A DNA stretch of 64,000 bases from Kudoa neothunni (taxonomy: Eukaryota; Animalia; Cnidaria): the NCBI GenBank assembly GCA_964304625.1, contig OZ199838.1, positions 12,405,843-12,469,842 on the forward strand, read 5' to 3'. Of this stretch, positions 1 to 12,100 are shown one piece after another; position 1 is the first letter of the stretch, and each line of letters starts with the position of its first letter. Under the pieces are notes generated by a model. The model was not told where the DNA came from. It saw only the letters and a list, made by a program, of their open reading frames with translations, and searched no databases. The translations under genes were made by a program, and so were the position numbers.

Positions 1-96
1 CTTGAAAATGAATGTAATGCGGAAAACCAAATCAACCCAATACTTGAAGCGAATCAATCACACCAACACGATAAATACAAAGCCGTGGATGATTAA
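1..96 (+). CDS. 3' end of an unidentified gene entering the window (LENECNAENQINPILEANQSHQHDKYKAVDD*)
   Basis: Frame 1 is open from base 1 to TAA at 94-96, with protein-like composition, followed by AT-rich UTR-like sequence. Confidence 0.45.
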   Translation, partial: LENECNAENQINPILEANQSHQHDKYKAVDD

Positions 97-611
97 GTGC
101 TATCGATGTAGATTCAGCAATTTAAATAATATTCAAACCTTAGCATTTATCGTTTGTTTATATTTTCAATTATTGAATTTTTTTTCTATTTTATCATTAT
201 TTTCTAATTAGTAGTAGAATATCCAGCCGTTTTGATTTATTGAAATAAACTATACTTTGTTTTTAAAAATTTTCTGCAAGTAAAGTTTTAATGAACTTTA
301 AACAATTTAGATTCTTTACTTCAAGAGATCCAATTTTCTAAAGCTTAAACTTTGTCATCCGCCTAGGATAAAAACTCGCGTGAAAATGGTTATATGGGCG
401 TATTATGATCGGAATATAGATCATAATTCAAATTTAAAATTACTAATTAAAAAAATTAAAAATACTCATAAAAATGATAGTTTAAATCTTCATTCAAATA
501 CAGGGAACCTTTTATCCATGATTAATTCTTTCAATGATTAATTAAAGAAGAGGAAAACGATAGGTAAAGCGTCCATAGAAGACAATCTTTGCACTCAGCT
601 ATTGTTTTTTA

Positions 612-745
612 GCCTGGACAATATGACATGGAGGTGTTAGGTAGAGATCGCATGCCACGAAGTTGCGAGTTCGATACCTAGTCCTGACGTTCCTGTACTC
701 CTCATTCGAAATTAAGTAGGGAGGCTGTATTATTTAAATTACTGA
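612..745 (+). mobile_element. tRNA-derived SINE, truncated copy
   Basis: GCCTGGACA...TGGAGGTGTTAG (A-box-like)...GAGTTCGATACC (B box). Homologous to the inverted copy ending at 60070, including the downstream AAATTAAGTAGG.AGGCTGTA. Confidence 0.7.
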
Positions 746-1707
746 TCAATACTGGAAAAAATTAGAGTTGCCTGATACCAATAAAATTTCTTTTTTTTAA
801 CTAGTATATAATTAAGAATGGTGTCTCAAAATAATAGCTTTCAAATTTTAAGAATTTTTCATCCCAACGCAGTTGGATACATGTGTAATCTCCATTATTT
901 TTCAACAAACATTGAATTGATCTCTAATTTGTTGTTGATAATCATTCATAAATTGGTTCTATTTCGTATTATTTACCATATAAACACAAATTTTATAATA
1001 TTAAAATTAAATATACTGGTTTTTTTAGGTTTTAAGCATGAATAGTTTAAAGGCGAGAAGACAACTACGTGCTCTCAAAATATATTTTATTAATTATCTT
1101 TGAGCTGATGAGTTTTTTCAATAATTAATCAACATTATATTTGAGATCAACATTTAATTTCAATGGTAAAATAACTTAAGGCAGATTTTAGGAAGTTCAT
1201 ACTTTTTAGGAATAATTCTCACATGTGTGTTTAGTTTTGCACTCGATAAACGTAAAAATGTAGTTATAAAAAAACCTAAAAACGAAAAAACTGTTAATTC
1301 TATAAAATTATTTGTTTAAATCAATTATGTGTGTACCGATAAAAATAATAACGCTAGTTAACACATTGTGTTTACATCTTGTGGTATTCTCAATTCGTAT
1401 ATTTAGCCGAATTTTTTGTTACCAAATTTTGACATATAAAAAATATTTAAAAAACAATAAAAATATGGCTTAACACTTTTTTCGATATTTTGCAAATACT
1501 GCAAGGTAAAATAATTTAATATTATCGTATTATAAAATTAGGTTACTGAATTTTAATAATAAAAATTGGATAAATTCTTAATTTCTAATAAAAAATTAAA
1601 TAAAACAAATTGTACGACATCAACATCTATTCTTAAAATTCAAAAAGTATTTTCATTATAGTGAAAAATGGGATATTTTTGGCATGTGCCTAATATGTTT
1701 TCTTTGT

Positions 1708-1746
1708 GACCTTGGGTTTTTACCGATAGTCTCATTGGACGCCCCG
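1708..1746 (-). mobile_element. terminal fragment of a hAT-like MITE family
   Basis: Reverse complement CGGGGCGTCCAATGAGACTATCGGTAAAAACCCAAGGTC is nearly identical to the left end of the element at 34461. Confidence 0.65.
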
Positions 1747-2108
1747 GTTGGCGAGTAGTCGCCGTGTCTATTATACCGCCAGTTGCCACGCATGACTAAA
1801 ATTAACGCGTTTTCCAAGTTTCGATTGTAGGAGAATTTTACTGGGAACATTGAACCGTTTCTAGCTAAGGATTTGTTGTATATCATAACGAATACAACAA
1901 TCCCCTTCGATATATATTTGAAGAGTAAATTATTGGGAGCATTGTAAACCGCATAAACATAACTAATATTTGAGGAAATATTTTAAAATTACTTAGAAAT
2001 TTTAATACAAAGACAAAAAACACCAAAAAATTTAAATGATAAAAATATTTAAAAATAAAACGAGCGAATTTCTTTAATTTTATACAAGTTTGAATAATGT
2101 TGACCACT

Positions 2109-2595
2109 TCAATCCTCGTCTGAGCAGGATAGGTCAACTTGATCAATTTTGAAGGCAGAGGATCTTGATATCTCATACAAAAATCCAGTAGGTATATTGA
2201 CAGAAGCCGCCACACAAAGAATGTATTTGGAAAGTTGAACAGCTGATATCACTCCGTTCTAACAACGAATTAAATTTGTTGACCATCGAATCAAACACTA
2301 ACTGACCTTGCATTTAGTGATAATAATGTTGTTATGGTTTTTCCAAACATTTATTCCTGAGGTTGATGACCTAACACATTCCAAAACACCAGAAACCAAT
2401 TCGACGTAGACGCCACGGCAATGTTCCTCGCGCGACGATCTTTGTATGATATCTCCATTAGCGGTGATTAGCCTAATGTTAGAAAAGCCATAATCCAACC
2501 AAGTATTTTTTTAATTACATGGCTATTGCTACGAAATCATTCTCGATTAATTCATCTAAAGCAGCCTTCACAGCAACGATATCCTCTGTGCACAT
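2109..2595 (-). CDS. LAMTOR2: Ragulator subunit LAMTOR2 (p14, roadblock fold), 3 coding exons
   Basis: Spliced product MCTEDIVAVKAALDELIENDFVAIAMLITANGDIIQRS...IIITKCK|NGVISAVQLSKYILCVAASVNIPTGFLYEISRSSAFKIDQV follows the LAMTOR2 pattern (LLLNNEG...ILMDCMEGRVAITRVANLLLCMYA...GML). Both introns are GT-AG. Confidence 0.8.
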
Positions 2596-2920
2596 GAGCA
2601 ATGTTAACAAAGTCAATAAAACGATTGAATAAGTTAAAACGATCCTCAGTAAACTTGAGTAACACTCCAGAAATAAATAATCTCAATACTGTTGATAAAA
2701 AATTGAGACAAGAAGAACTTGCCGTTTATTTCTGCGCACGTCTAACTCACTGTTAGATCCCATCTATCATACATGCAAAAAATTGTTATCTCCATTTATA
2801 TACACTTTTCTTTTATTTGATAAGTTAAACAAAAATATGCGCGTATACGCTAACCAGTTATAGCAAAAACAATAAATATCAAATATTCCATAATAAAATC
2901 TACAAATAGTCATTAAGCAA

Positions 2921-3395
2921 TCATTGCCGTAAAATTTTTAGGCTGGTGCCGATTGAAAGTTGAGGATTCCACATACCTTGAAGCGATCTATCCTTACCGT
3001 AGATATCTCTCAATCCGCGTTGCCTAAAGTCGTTGCCAGAATATTCCGCCAGTTCATAAATCAAATCTTTAAATTCTTCGTACGGTTTACGGTCTAAGCA
3101 AATTTGTATGGCTGTTTCGTTCAGATACTTAGCTATCACCACATTTCGTCCGTATGTTGGATTCACATAGAACACGCAGGTTGGATATTTGTTACAAAGA
3201 TTTTCAAGCTCCTCCCTCGCGAATTTTTCCATGACAGGACTTTTTTTTGTTGACAACAAATACATTCTTTTCAGCTGAAAGACATATCTACCTAGTTTGG
3301 TGTAATCGATACAATTAGGGCTAGCGACCAACGCCCTGTAGAAGGCCATTTCGATTCTGCGCGTATCCGTACCCACTCGTTCGAGGGGTCTCCAT
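2921..3395 (-). CDS. MRPL43: mitochondrial ribosomal protein L43 (mL43), 2 exons, 37-nt intron 3292-3328
   Basis: Spliced METPRTSGYGYAQNRNGLLQGVG|RYVFQLKR...YVNP...VIAKYLN...SLQGMWNP matches mL43 motifs (GLGRYVQQLQR, AEYLN, SIQGQWHP). Confidence 0.9.
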
Positions 3396-3950
3396 CGTTT
3401 GAAGTTTTTCTCAAGCTAGATCATAGGTTTTTTGTTTTAAATCAAAAATATAAAGATGTACAAAATACTCACAGTTTTATTACCACATCAAATTACAAAA
3501 TTTCTAATACTTCAATTGCGTCTCAAATTTGGGGAAGTAACTCTTTCTCCCAAACGTTATCTAGAGATTGCATTTTTATGCATGAGTTATCGAATTTTAT
3601 GACTAATTTTACCATTATTCAGCATTATTTTTTCAAAACTAAAAGTATTTGTTATTTAATAAATCTCGAGGTGATGAAGCAAACCGATTAATTTAAAGAA
3701 GTAAATAGTAAAATGTATACAGCTTACAAAATAATCAATTAGGCGAAATAATAATGACGCGTGCATAACATGAAAACTGCCAAAAAATTATTAGAAGAAG
3801 ACAGCGATAGTGCCGTGAGTCGAAAATATTTTATGAGCTTAAAATATCAGAGAAAATCATTGAAACAAGAATGAGAACAAGAGGACGATGATTAACCGAC
3901 GGTGTATATTAGAAAAAAGAATTAAATATAATTTAAAAAAAATTATAATA

Positions 3951-5362
3951 CGGTGCAACCTCGGAGTTCGATCAAAAATTTTGAGTCAGAAACCCTTTTG
4001 AGTTCGAACCAGCGTTGCAAACCAAAATCTGACATTTAGCGAAATTTTTACCGGACAAAATCGGAAAAATCAGAATTTTTTGTAAAAAAACTAATATTTC
4101 ATTATATGTATAGGTATTACGTTAATTTGTAATTAACTCAGAAACTTCAAATTTATGACATCATTTTGTCGATGTATTGAATAATGTCCTCATTAGAACA
4201 AGGTTCTCTAATGTAGAGCACAACATTCTACTTCTTCGGATGTTTTCGATAATTCAAAAAGAGAAAATGCTCTTTCGGAGAAGCGTGAATCAGAATTAGT
4301 TAAAGTAAAGATGTGTTATATTTTCCGATGGAATTAAAAATACTTTGCCGATAATCAATGCTCAAAAAGGCGATTATTGATAATTTAATTAATCCAACTA
4401 TATTTTTGAACCAGTTCAATTCCTTTAATTTCAAACAATTGTATTACAGTATTTCTATAGACTTTTGAATAAAGCATAACATTATACCTAAAATTAGAAT
4501 TTTTTGAAAATTGATAACAAACACTTGTAATGATAACTTAGCATTGGATATCACCAACATCAGAGTCTTTTTTTTAAATTCAAGCACAAAAATCTCTTCG
4601 TAAAAATTCCCAAAATAATTGATGGTCATGATGAAACTGTGTCTTGTCGTTAATAATAGTAAGAAAATCCAAAATGTTGGTTGAACGGGAGCATAACATT
4701 TAAAAATGTGTTCATTTTTATAAAGTTTTGGCATGTATTTTTAAGCTCAATTTTTGTATTATATGGGCTTTAAGAATTATTAAAATTTCTAATTGTATCT
4801 TGCGTTTGGTGAACTTCCATTGCAGATACTTTAATTTGAAATAAATCATTGTTCCAAGTATAAAATGATCTACTTGAAGATTTCTCGTAATGAAATCCGC
4901 AACGATTAATTTCCATTTTTTGTGAATTTGCAATGACTTTTTACGTTTGAAACATTGTTTTGCGATTATTCAATCTTTCGAATAACAACAATAAAAATCG
5001 AACAAAAAGACAAATAGAAAGGATATTCAGAACGAATCCAGTTGGACAACAAAATAGAGAAGAAAAGAAATTCTGGAAGAAGAGTCGCTCAACCAAATTG
5101 TGCGAATGTCATCGAAAAAGAACCCTGTATAATCTATCGTATGACAACCAAAAAATATTATACTTTATTTAATTTTTATTATTACATTTGATATTTATAA
5201 ACACAAAGTATTCACGTTTTTCATAAATAAGAATAAAAATAGTCATTAATTGGATGCACGGTAACGGATTAAACTAATTTTCATTATTTTGCATGAGAAA
5301 CATTTTTCGCAATTCGAACAAACTTCTAGAACGAATTATGGTCGAAGTCCTAGGTTGCATCG
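3951..5362 (-). mobile_element. degenerate pogo/Tigger-type DNA transposon
   Basis: TA-flanked TIRs CGGTGCAACCTCGGAGTTCGATC and GGTCGAAGTCCTAGGTTGCATCG. Broken transposase-like remnants on the minus strand. Confidence 0.75.
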
Positions 5363-5667
5363 TATTTTTAATTCTTGAATTTTTATCAATGATCTCATTT
5401 TAAGTCCTGGTTGCAAGTTGATCTTGAAATACTGTATTTGTAAATTAATTATTTAATAAGGCTTAATGTAGTTAAATATTAGTGTAAGTAATTAAAGACA
5501 TGTAATAATTTTTATCAAAGAGTGGTTTGATTGATCTTCGAGAGCTTGCAGGAACAGATTACCATCGTATTTTACTGGGGATGCGTGCACCACTAAGAAT
5601 GTCTGAAAAACTAGCTACCTGGTGTGATGGACTATTTCTATGGGTGTGTAGTTGTGTTTGTAGATTA

Positions 5668-5674
<7 letters not shown>

Positions 5675-5700
<26 letters not shown>
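5675..5700. repeat. (TA)n microsatellite
   Basis: Direct reading. Similar TA runs near 9947, 14034 and 43890. Confidence 0.9.
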
Positions 5701-6150
5701 CTGAACAACAACGATTACTTAGTTCCCTATCGAATTTTAAATGATTGACTAAAAGTGGAAATAGACAACAGAATAACGGCCATCAGTAAGAATCATTCCA
5801 TGTTATAGCTATTGTTACATGGAATTGATGTAATATTTAAAAACTATATAACCTTGATTTTTTATTTTTGTTTGGAATATTACCGTAAAAAATTATACAC
5901 GTAAGAACGAATTTCCAAAAAAATTCGCCTACACTAATCGACCAATCTATTACCACCCTCATAAAACATATTAATTTGCGCATGTATTTCCAAATTTACT
6001 TACTAAAATTATCCTAATAGTATATGTGAGTTGATTTGACCAAAAATAAAATTAAATTTCGATACGCAATAGGATTGCGCAACAGCTTACAGGTACAACA
6101 ACGTTAATCGTTCTAGGCTGAGTGCGTGCTTCGACACTTATCCCAGAAGA

Positions 6151-9100
6151 ATGTCCTCTACAGATGTTGAAGATTTTAACATGATCTTTTCAAAAATACA
6201 AAATCAAGAAAAAAATGGTGACGTTGCTATGGCCTTAACTGTGGATATGTTGAAGCAATTTATGAGCCAGTATTTGGAAAAATACACAAAAAATGTCCAA
6301 GTCAAAGATGTGAAAAAACCGGATACAACACATCAAGTGAAAGTTCTCGAAATCGATACTGACCAGCAATGTGACTATAGTCTATTTTTGGAAGCAGTTG
6401 ATTTCATTAACACATTTAGTAATGAATCAAGCCCATTTGAATTATTTTGTCGGAGTGTTAACAGGTGAACAGAAGACACTGGAGTTGTTGGTGGTTAAAA
6501 GTGTTGCAGAATTTTTGAGTGCACTGTCACGATTTGGTAATTATTTTCTAATTATGGTGCGAACATACTCACCAAATATAACACATTTAATATATCAATA
6601 ATTCCACTTTATTATTATTATTATATATTAAATAGTCCAGCCTATCTTTAATTTTGGTATCTATGTAATGAGTTCACTAAACTAATGATTTTTATTTTGT
6701 AGAGTTGTATCGAAATATGTTAATCGAGGCAGGAATGGTTACAAAAACGATAGATCAATTGATTGCTACTGATCATTCGATGACTGCAGCATCATTTTTT
6801 AAACTGCTGAACAATCTCTGCTTTAATTCGAGTAGCTCTTTATTCTATCTACTTTTGGTGTGGTTGCTGTGGAGATTTTCCCTCATTTTGGATTGACTAA
6901 TAGTCGAAGCCCAAGATCAGTTGGTCAACTCTGGAAAAATCGATAAAATCCTTAGAAAATTCGTTCTAATTAGTGAAGACATTACAGTCGGACAATTGTT
7001 TGATGAACAAGAAACAGTTGAAGTAGTCTCCTCTGTTTATTTGATTTACAATCTTATTCGATATTGTTAGAATGTTGCTTCCGACAGTATGATGCATTTG
7101 ATGGCTGATAATGGTGTGTGTCGCTTTTGCTTCACATTTTCATGATTCCATACATTTAGTTGTCTTGAGTCAAAAGTTGATTGAAAACAGTGCCATCGAA
7201 TTGCTGTCAGATATTGTGAGAAAACATTTGAATTCGAATCCATTGTTGGTGCTGGAATGCAGTGGGTTGCTTCAATGGCTTATTAGTTTGGGTAAGAATT
7301 TTCGTTTATTTAATAAAATACGGGTTTGTATTTTTGTGTTCAGATAATGGTAAAGAGCGGGCCATTAAATGTCTATTGTCTGTATTCGGAATAATGGATT
7401 TCAATAAAATCTTTGATGATGCATTGTTATTTGAACAACTGACGTTGAAATGTCCCAACGAAAGTAACCAAACCCAACAGCAGTCCGAGGAATCTGTTTG
7501 TGAGAATCAACGTTTTCAAACGTATCGTCAATCATTCGTCGATGCGTATATTGCTGTTTTTGGGTTGGTGGAACAACTTATTCAAGATCGTAAGTCTATA
7601 TTTCACTCAGTCGTTTGCTTGTCATTATATCACTTGCTTACTTATTTACGTGCCTAATTGAATGGTTAATAACCCTCTAAATTGTTTTACCGCGGCAACT
7701 CCCATCAACAAGCCTGTCTGAAAAGTATCCATATTGTTAAGGTTTTACTTAAAATATGCGCCTAATTAAATGTAACATTTTGTAATCAGAACATCTAGAA
7801 TGTCATCAATTAAGCATTGATTAATCCAGTTTTCCACATGGGATAATATCGTTAGAATTTGGATAGTTTTGTCGATAATTTAAATTTTATTATTCTCTAT
7901 ATAATATGTATACACTCATAAAGAAAATATAAAAATATTATCAAAGTTTATTTCGATATATTTATCTCGATTATTGTAATAATACTATGAAAACCTTGTA
8001 AAATAGAGGCCTTATTTTTTGTAATCTGCACAGCGCCCGAATGTTTCAAAATTATTTATATATACGATGTTATTTCGTCTCACCGTTTAATTCTTGTTCA
8101 AATGTTATGTTTGAGCATTTTACTTTATAAAATTCCTGTCTTTTTTATCCTATCAAATCTTATTTGCCATTTGAGTATTTTTAATTAATTCGCGAAAGAA
8201 TATGTGATTTTCAATGATTTGAACCAGTTTTAGATTGGCGTGCCAGCATCTTATGAATAGGGCGAATTTTGTGTCTACCACAACAGCCTTAAATAAATCC
8301 TTATCTTCTTTCTATACTTATTGTGCTGTAATTAGTTTTTTTATTATGTAGGTGTTATCCACTTGATTATTATTTAGATCATAAGTTATAAATAGAAAAG
8401 GGTTGGAAATTTTCGACGTTTATTTTTCTGTAAATCGACAATTTCCAACGCTAGTTATAAATGTTTCTCAACTCATCATTTTTTTGTGTTAATATTGTTT
8501 TTAAATTACAAATTTAAAACAATTTTTGTTAAGTAAAAAAAATGCAAATTCAACCCTAAAAATATTTGACTAATAATTATACGTTTGGGGTTTAAGAAAA
8601 GCCACGATATATGTGCCTAATTATGTAATATCAGACTGAATAGTGTTAATAATAACCGTGTTGTGTTTAGAAAGCTATGATTTTAAATTAACACTGGCTA
8701 CTAAAACCGATATTTTTTATCCCAAACAAGGGCTGCCAGGGCTTGGGTTTTCCCTAAGATCGTGAGTTTTTATGGTCACCTTGAATTCTTGGAGGGTTTT
8801 TTCGTTTTTAAAAAATCCTGGGTTATTATTTAAACCTGTAAACATAGAATAATAATTCAAATTCTTGTATGTGCGGCATTATGATTTATATTTTTCATAA
8901 CTTGTCCCATTCAGACTATATCATGCAGGGTTTAAACGTTTACAATGCTGAACGACAGCACGTTAGATTGTTTAACGTGAAACAATTACATAATTATTCA
9001 GTAAACATTATCGCACATTTTTAGAAAATCTAGACGGTATTTTAAAATATACCTTGAACTATAAATAATAATTGTGTGTGTGTGTGTGTGTGTGTGTTGA

Positions 9101-12100
9101 TTCATATTAGACATTAAGTATGAGCGAGTGTTCGCGTCAAAAAATTGCAATAATACGGCAATACGTTTAAATTTAATATCTGGAGACGTAGTTATAGGAT
9201 TGGAAGAAGATTAAAAACTTTAATAGATACGATTCTGTTTTTTTCGTTTCATATTAAACTAGCGTTTTTCTCTTCCTTGTATTTTTTTATTTAACCTTCT
9301 AAATAAACTGGGGTAGATTTCTACCCCAAGTGAATTTTACCAACAATATTATAGTGTATACATGGAACATAACTCATCTCCGCTTTTTGTAAACTTATAT
9401 CTTTATGGAAACTTTCAGAAAAATGAGTTAAAGTTTTTTTTGTCATATATCAAGAAAGTTAATCTAAAAACACCTTCCAAATAAAATTAATTAAAATATT
9501 GATACATATGATTTTTAAGACTTAACGGAAATTCTATCGAGTAAATAATAAATAAATAACGTAACACTATAAATGCGACCCCATCACGCACGCGTAACAC
9601 AGATTAAGCATGTGGTTCTCTTCAGAATACGATAGCTCCTTATTCTCTCATTAATCTTATACCAGCTATTCAAGATACGATGACTTTTCATCAGTCTGCT
9701 TAATTCTGCGTTGTAGAGAGCGTCCAAAAATATGTATGAAAATTGTTAATAAATATTCTTAGTTTCGTATTGTAGAGAGCATTAAATAGACGTATGACAA
9801 CTTTTTTGTGAATTAAGCACTGTTTATCATCATGTTGTGTTTTTCTGCACAGTTTTACACTGGGTTGTTTAAAATAAGATAAATTAATTGGCGGCTGTTA
9901 TAAAAGTTGAATTAAGTATTAAAACTAAAAAACCGCAGAAATGCGCATATATATATATATATATATACAATCGTAGTCCATGGAAATGTAAAAAACATAA
10001 ATATTCGCGCACGCGTGGGTAGATTATATCTTTAATAATTTGTCATCTATTCGAAATTTACTCAATGAATTTTCCTCATATTTTGTGAGTCAATCATGAA
10101 TTTTATTTGAGACAATTTTATAAAATAAAAAAATAGGGTAGATTTCTACCCTATTTTTACTTGGAGGGTGTAAATTTTTCAGCTACTTAGAAGGCTAAAC
10201 TTTTTTTCTGACCGTTCATCGTTGGATTTTTTTAACCCCACTGGCGGCTCTGTCCCAAATATCACACACGCGTGCCCAGGTTCGATTTTGATCCCAGCAA
10301 TTCCTATTTTAAATTTATGTAAAAAGTTTATTTTTTAGAATTTGCGATATTTAATTATTTTCGGTCAATTGTTACCACTGTTAAAGACGTGGAGTAATTT
10401 GCTAGTGTCAAAAGTACACTCACTTGAATAGTATGACATACACGGGTGATCAAAAAGTATCGAGACTTTTTAAATAAAAAAATATATACAAATATATAAT
10501 GAATTTTTTTTAATCTCCTTCGAAATACTCTCCGTCTGCATCAATACATTTTTTCCGGCGTTGCTTCCACTGAAGGAAGCATTCTAAAAAATCATCTTTA
10601 TTCAGCGTCTTAAGCTGCTCCGTCGCATTCTGTTTTATTTCCTCAACGGAGTGGAACCTCCTTCCTTTAAGTTGGAATTTAATTTTTAGGAATAGAAAAA
10701 AGTCGCATGGAGCAAGGTCTGGTGAGTATGGAGGATTCTGTAGCTGGGTAACGTTCATCTTGGCTATAAACTCTTGAATTTTTAATGACTTGTGTGAGGG
10801 GAAATTATCGTGATGAAGTATCCAACGTCCAGAGGAATTCATGTGGGGTCGTTTACGACGGATGGCATCCGTAAATTCCGCAACACTGAGGTAATACTCA
10901 CTTGTAACTGTACAAGCGCGTATTCATAATAAATTAACCCCTGGATGTCAAAAAATACTGAGTAACACTTTAATTTTACTCCGAACTTAGCGTGCTTTCT
11001 TTGATCTGGGCGACGATGGTGTTTTCCAAATGGAAGATTGAACTTTTGTTTCGGGATCATAACCATAAGCCCACGTTTCATCACCTGTTACAATAAAATT
11101 AATGAATTCATCGTCTGTTGATGAGCGTTGAAGTAGATCTTTTGAAGTAATAAGCCGCAATTCTTTTTGCTCGGATATGAGCACTCGCGGGACAAATTTG
11201 GCGGCAACTCTTCTCATACGAAGATCATCAGTCAAAATAGTTCGACATGATCCAAAAGATATTCCAACATCATTAGAAATTTTCCTAATGATAAGTCTAC
11301 GTTCGGAATCGATCATATCCTTAACATCATTAATCTCTTCATGGTTTCTGTTAGTTAAAGGTCGACCAGAACGATCCAAACTATCAATCGAATTTCTAAC
11401 TTTTTGAAATCGTTTATTCCACTCAAGCACTCTACTTCGACTCACGGAATTGTCTAAAAATGCTTTTTTAATCATTTCATAAGTCTCGGTACTGTTTCTC
11501 CCTAGTTTTACACAGAATTTAATACAAATTCTCTGCTCGTGGTTTTCTGACATTCACGCGAGCGACATCGGCCGATTTCGCGACTAAAACAACTAGCTGC
11601 CATATTTTATTTTATTATTCATTCGTTAAATTGTTGTTGCAAAAATATGCGAATATATATTTTTTATAATATTCTATTTTTTAAAAATATATCTTTGTCG
11701 TACCGGGAGATATTTAAAAAGTCTCGATATTTTTTGACCAGCCCATGTATTTCGATAGTCACATTCTTTTAAAATATAATAATTTATTTCTTCTTTTTTT
11801 CAAACAGAATTCTCAGATGTTTAACTAATGAACACCAATTAGAATTTCCATAACCCTTTTGTATAACTTCTCAATCTAGTTCATCATTTGATTTCATGAA
11901 ATTTTCGAGAAAATATTTTTAAATGTTGATAATGTGACACATTTGACTGTTATTTTTGACTTTTATCAATTACACCAGTACTACAAATCTTCTTTCACAA
12001 CAAATTTAAATGTATTTATGCGTAAACCTACGTTATTTAAGGTTTATATGATTTATTTATGGTGTCAAAATATATCACTTAAATTGAATAGAGAGTTTAT

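Larger units (their letters stand above)
8728..10252. mobile_element. non-autonomous hAT element in the RAP1GDS1 intron, carrying a nested piggyBac-type insert
   Basis: TIRs (C/A)AGGGCTGCCAG and CTGGCGGCTCTG, 8-bp TSD TCCCAAAC/TCCCAAAT. An uninterrupted inverted sister copy is at 33055-33635. Confidence 0.85.

Noticed and set aside
612-693. Possible tRNA gene
   Set aside because: No proper cloverleaf, and homology with 60070 extends beyond the head, indicating a SINE.
1656-1886. 76-aa ORF MIYNKSLARNG...
   Set aside because: Runs through a hAT terminal repeat (1708-1746) and has no recognisable motif.
1883-2215. 110-aa ORF
   Set aside because: Alternative frame of the last LAMTOR2 exon plus AT-rich UTR.
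5795-5825. 9-bp inverted repeat ATTCCATGT/ACATGGAAT upstream of RAP1GDS1
   Set aside because: Short enough to occur by chance in AT-rich DNA, with no supporting context.
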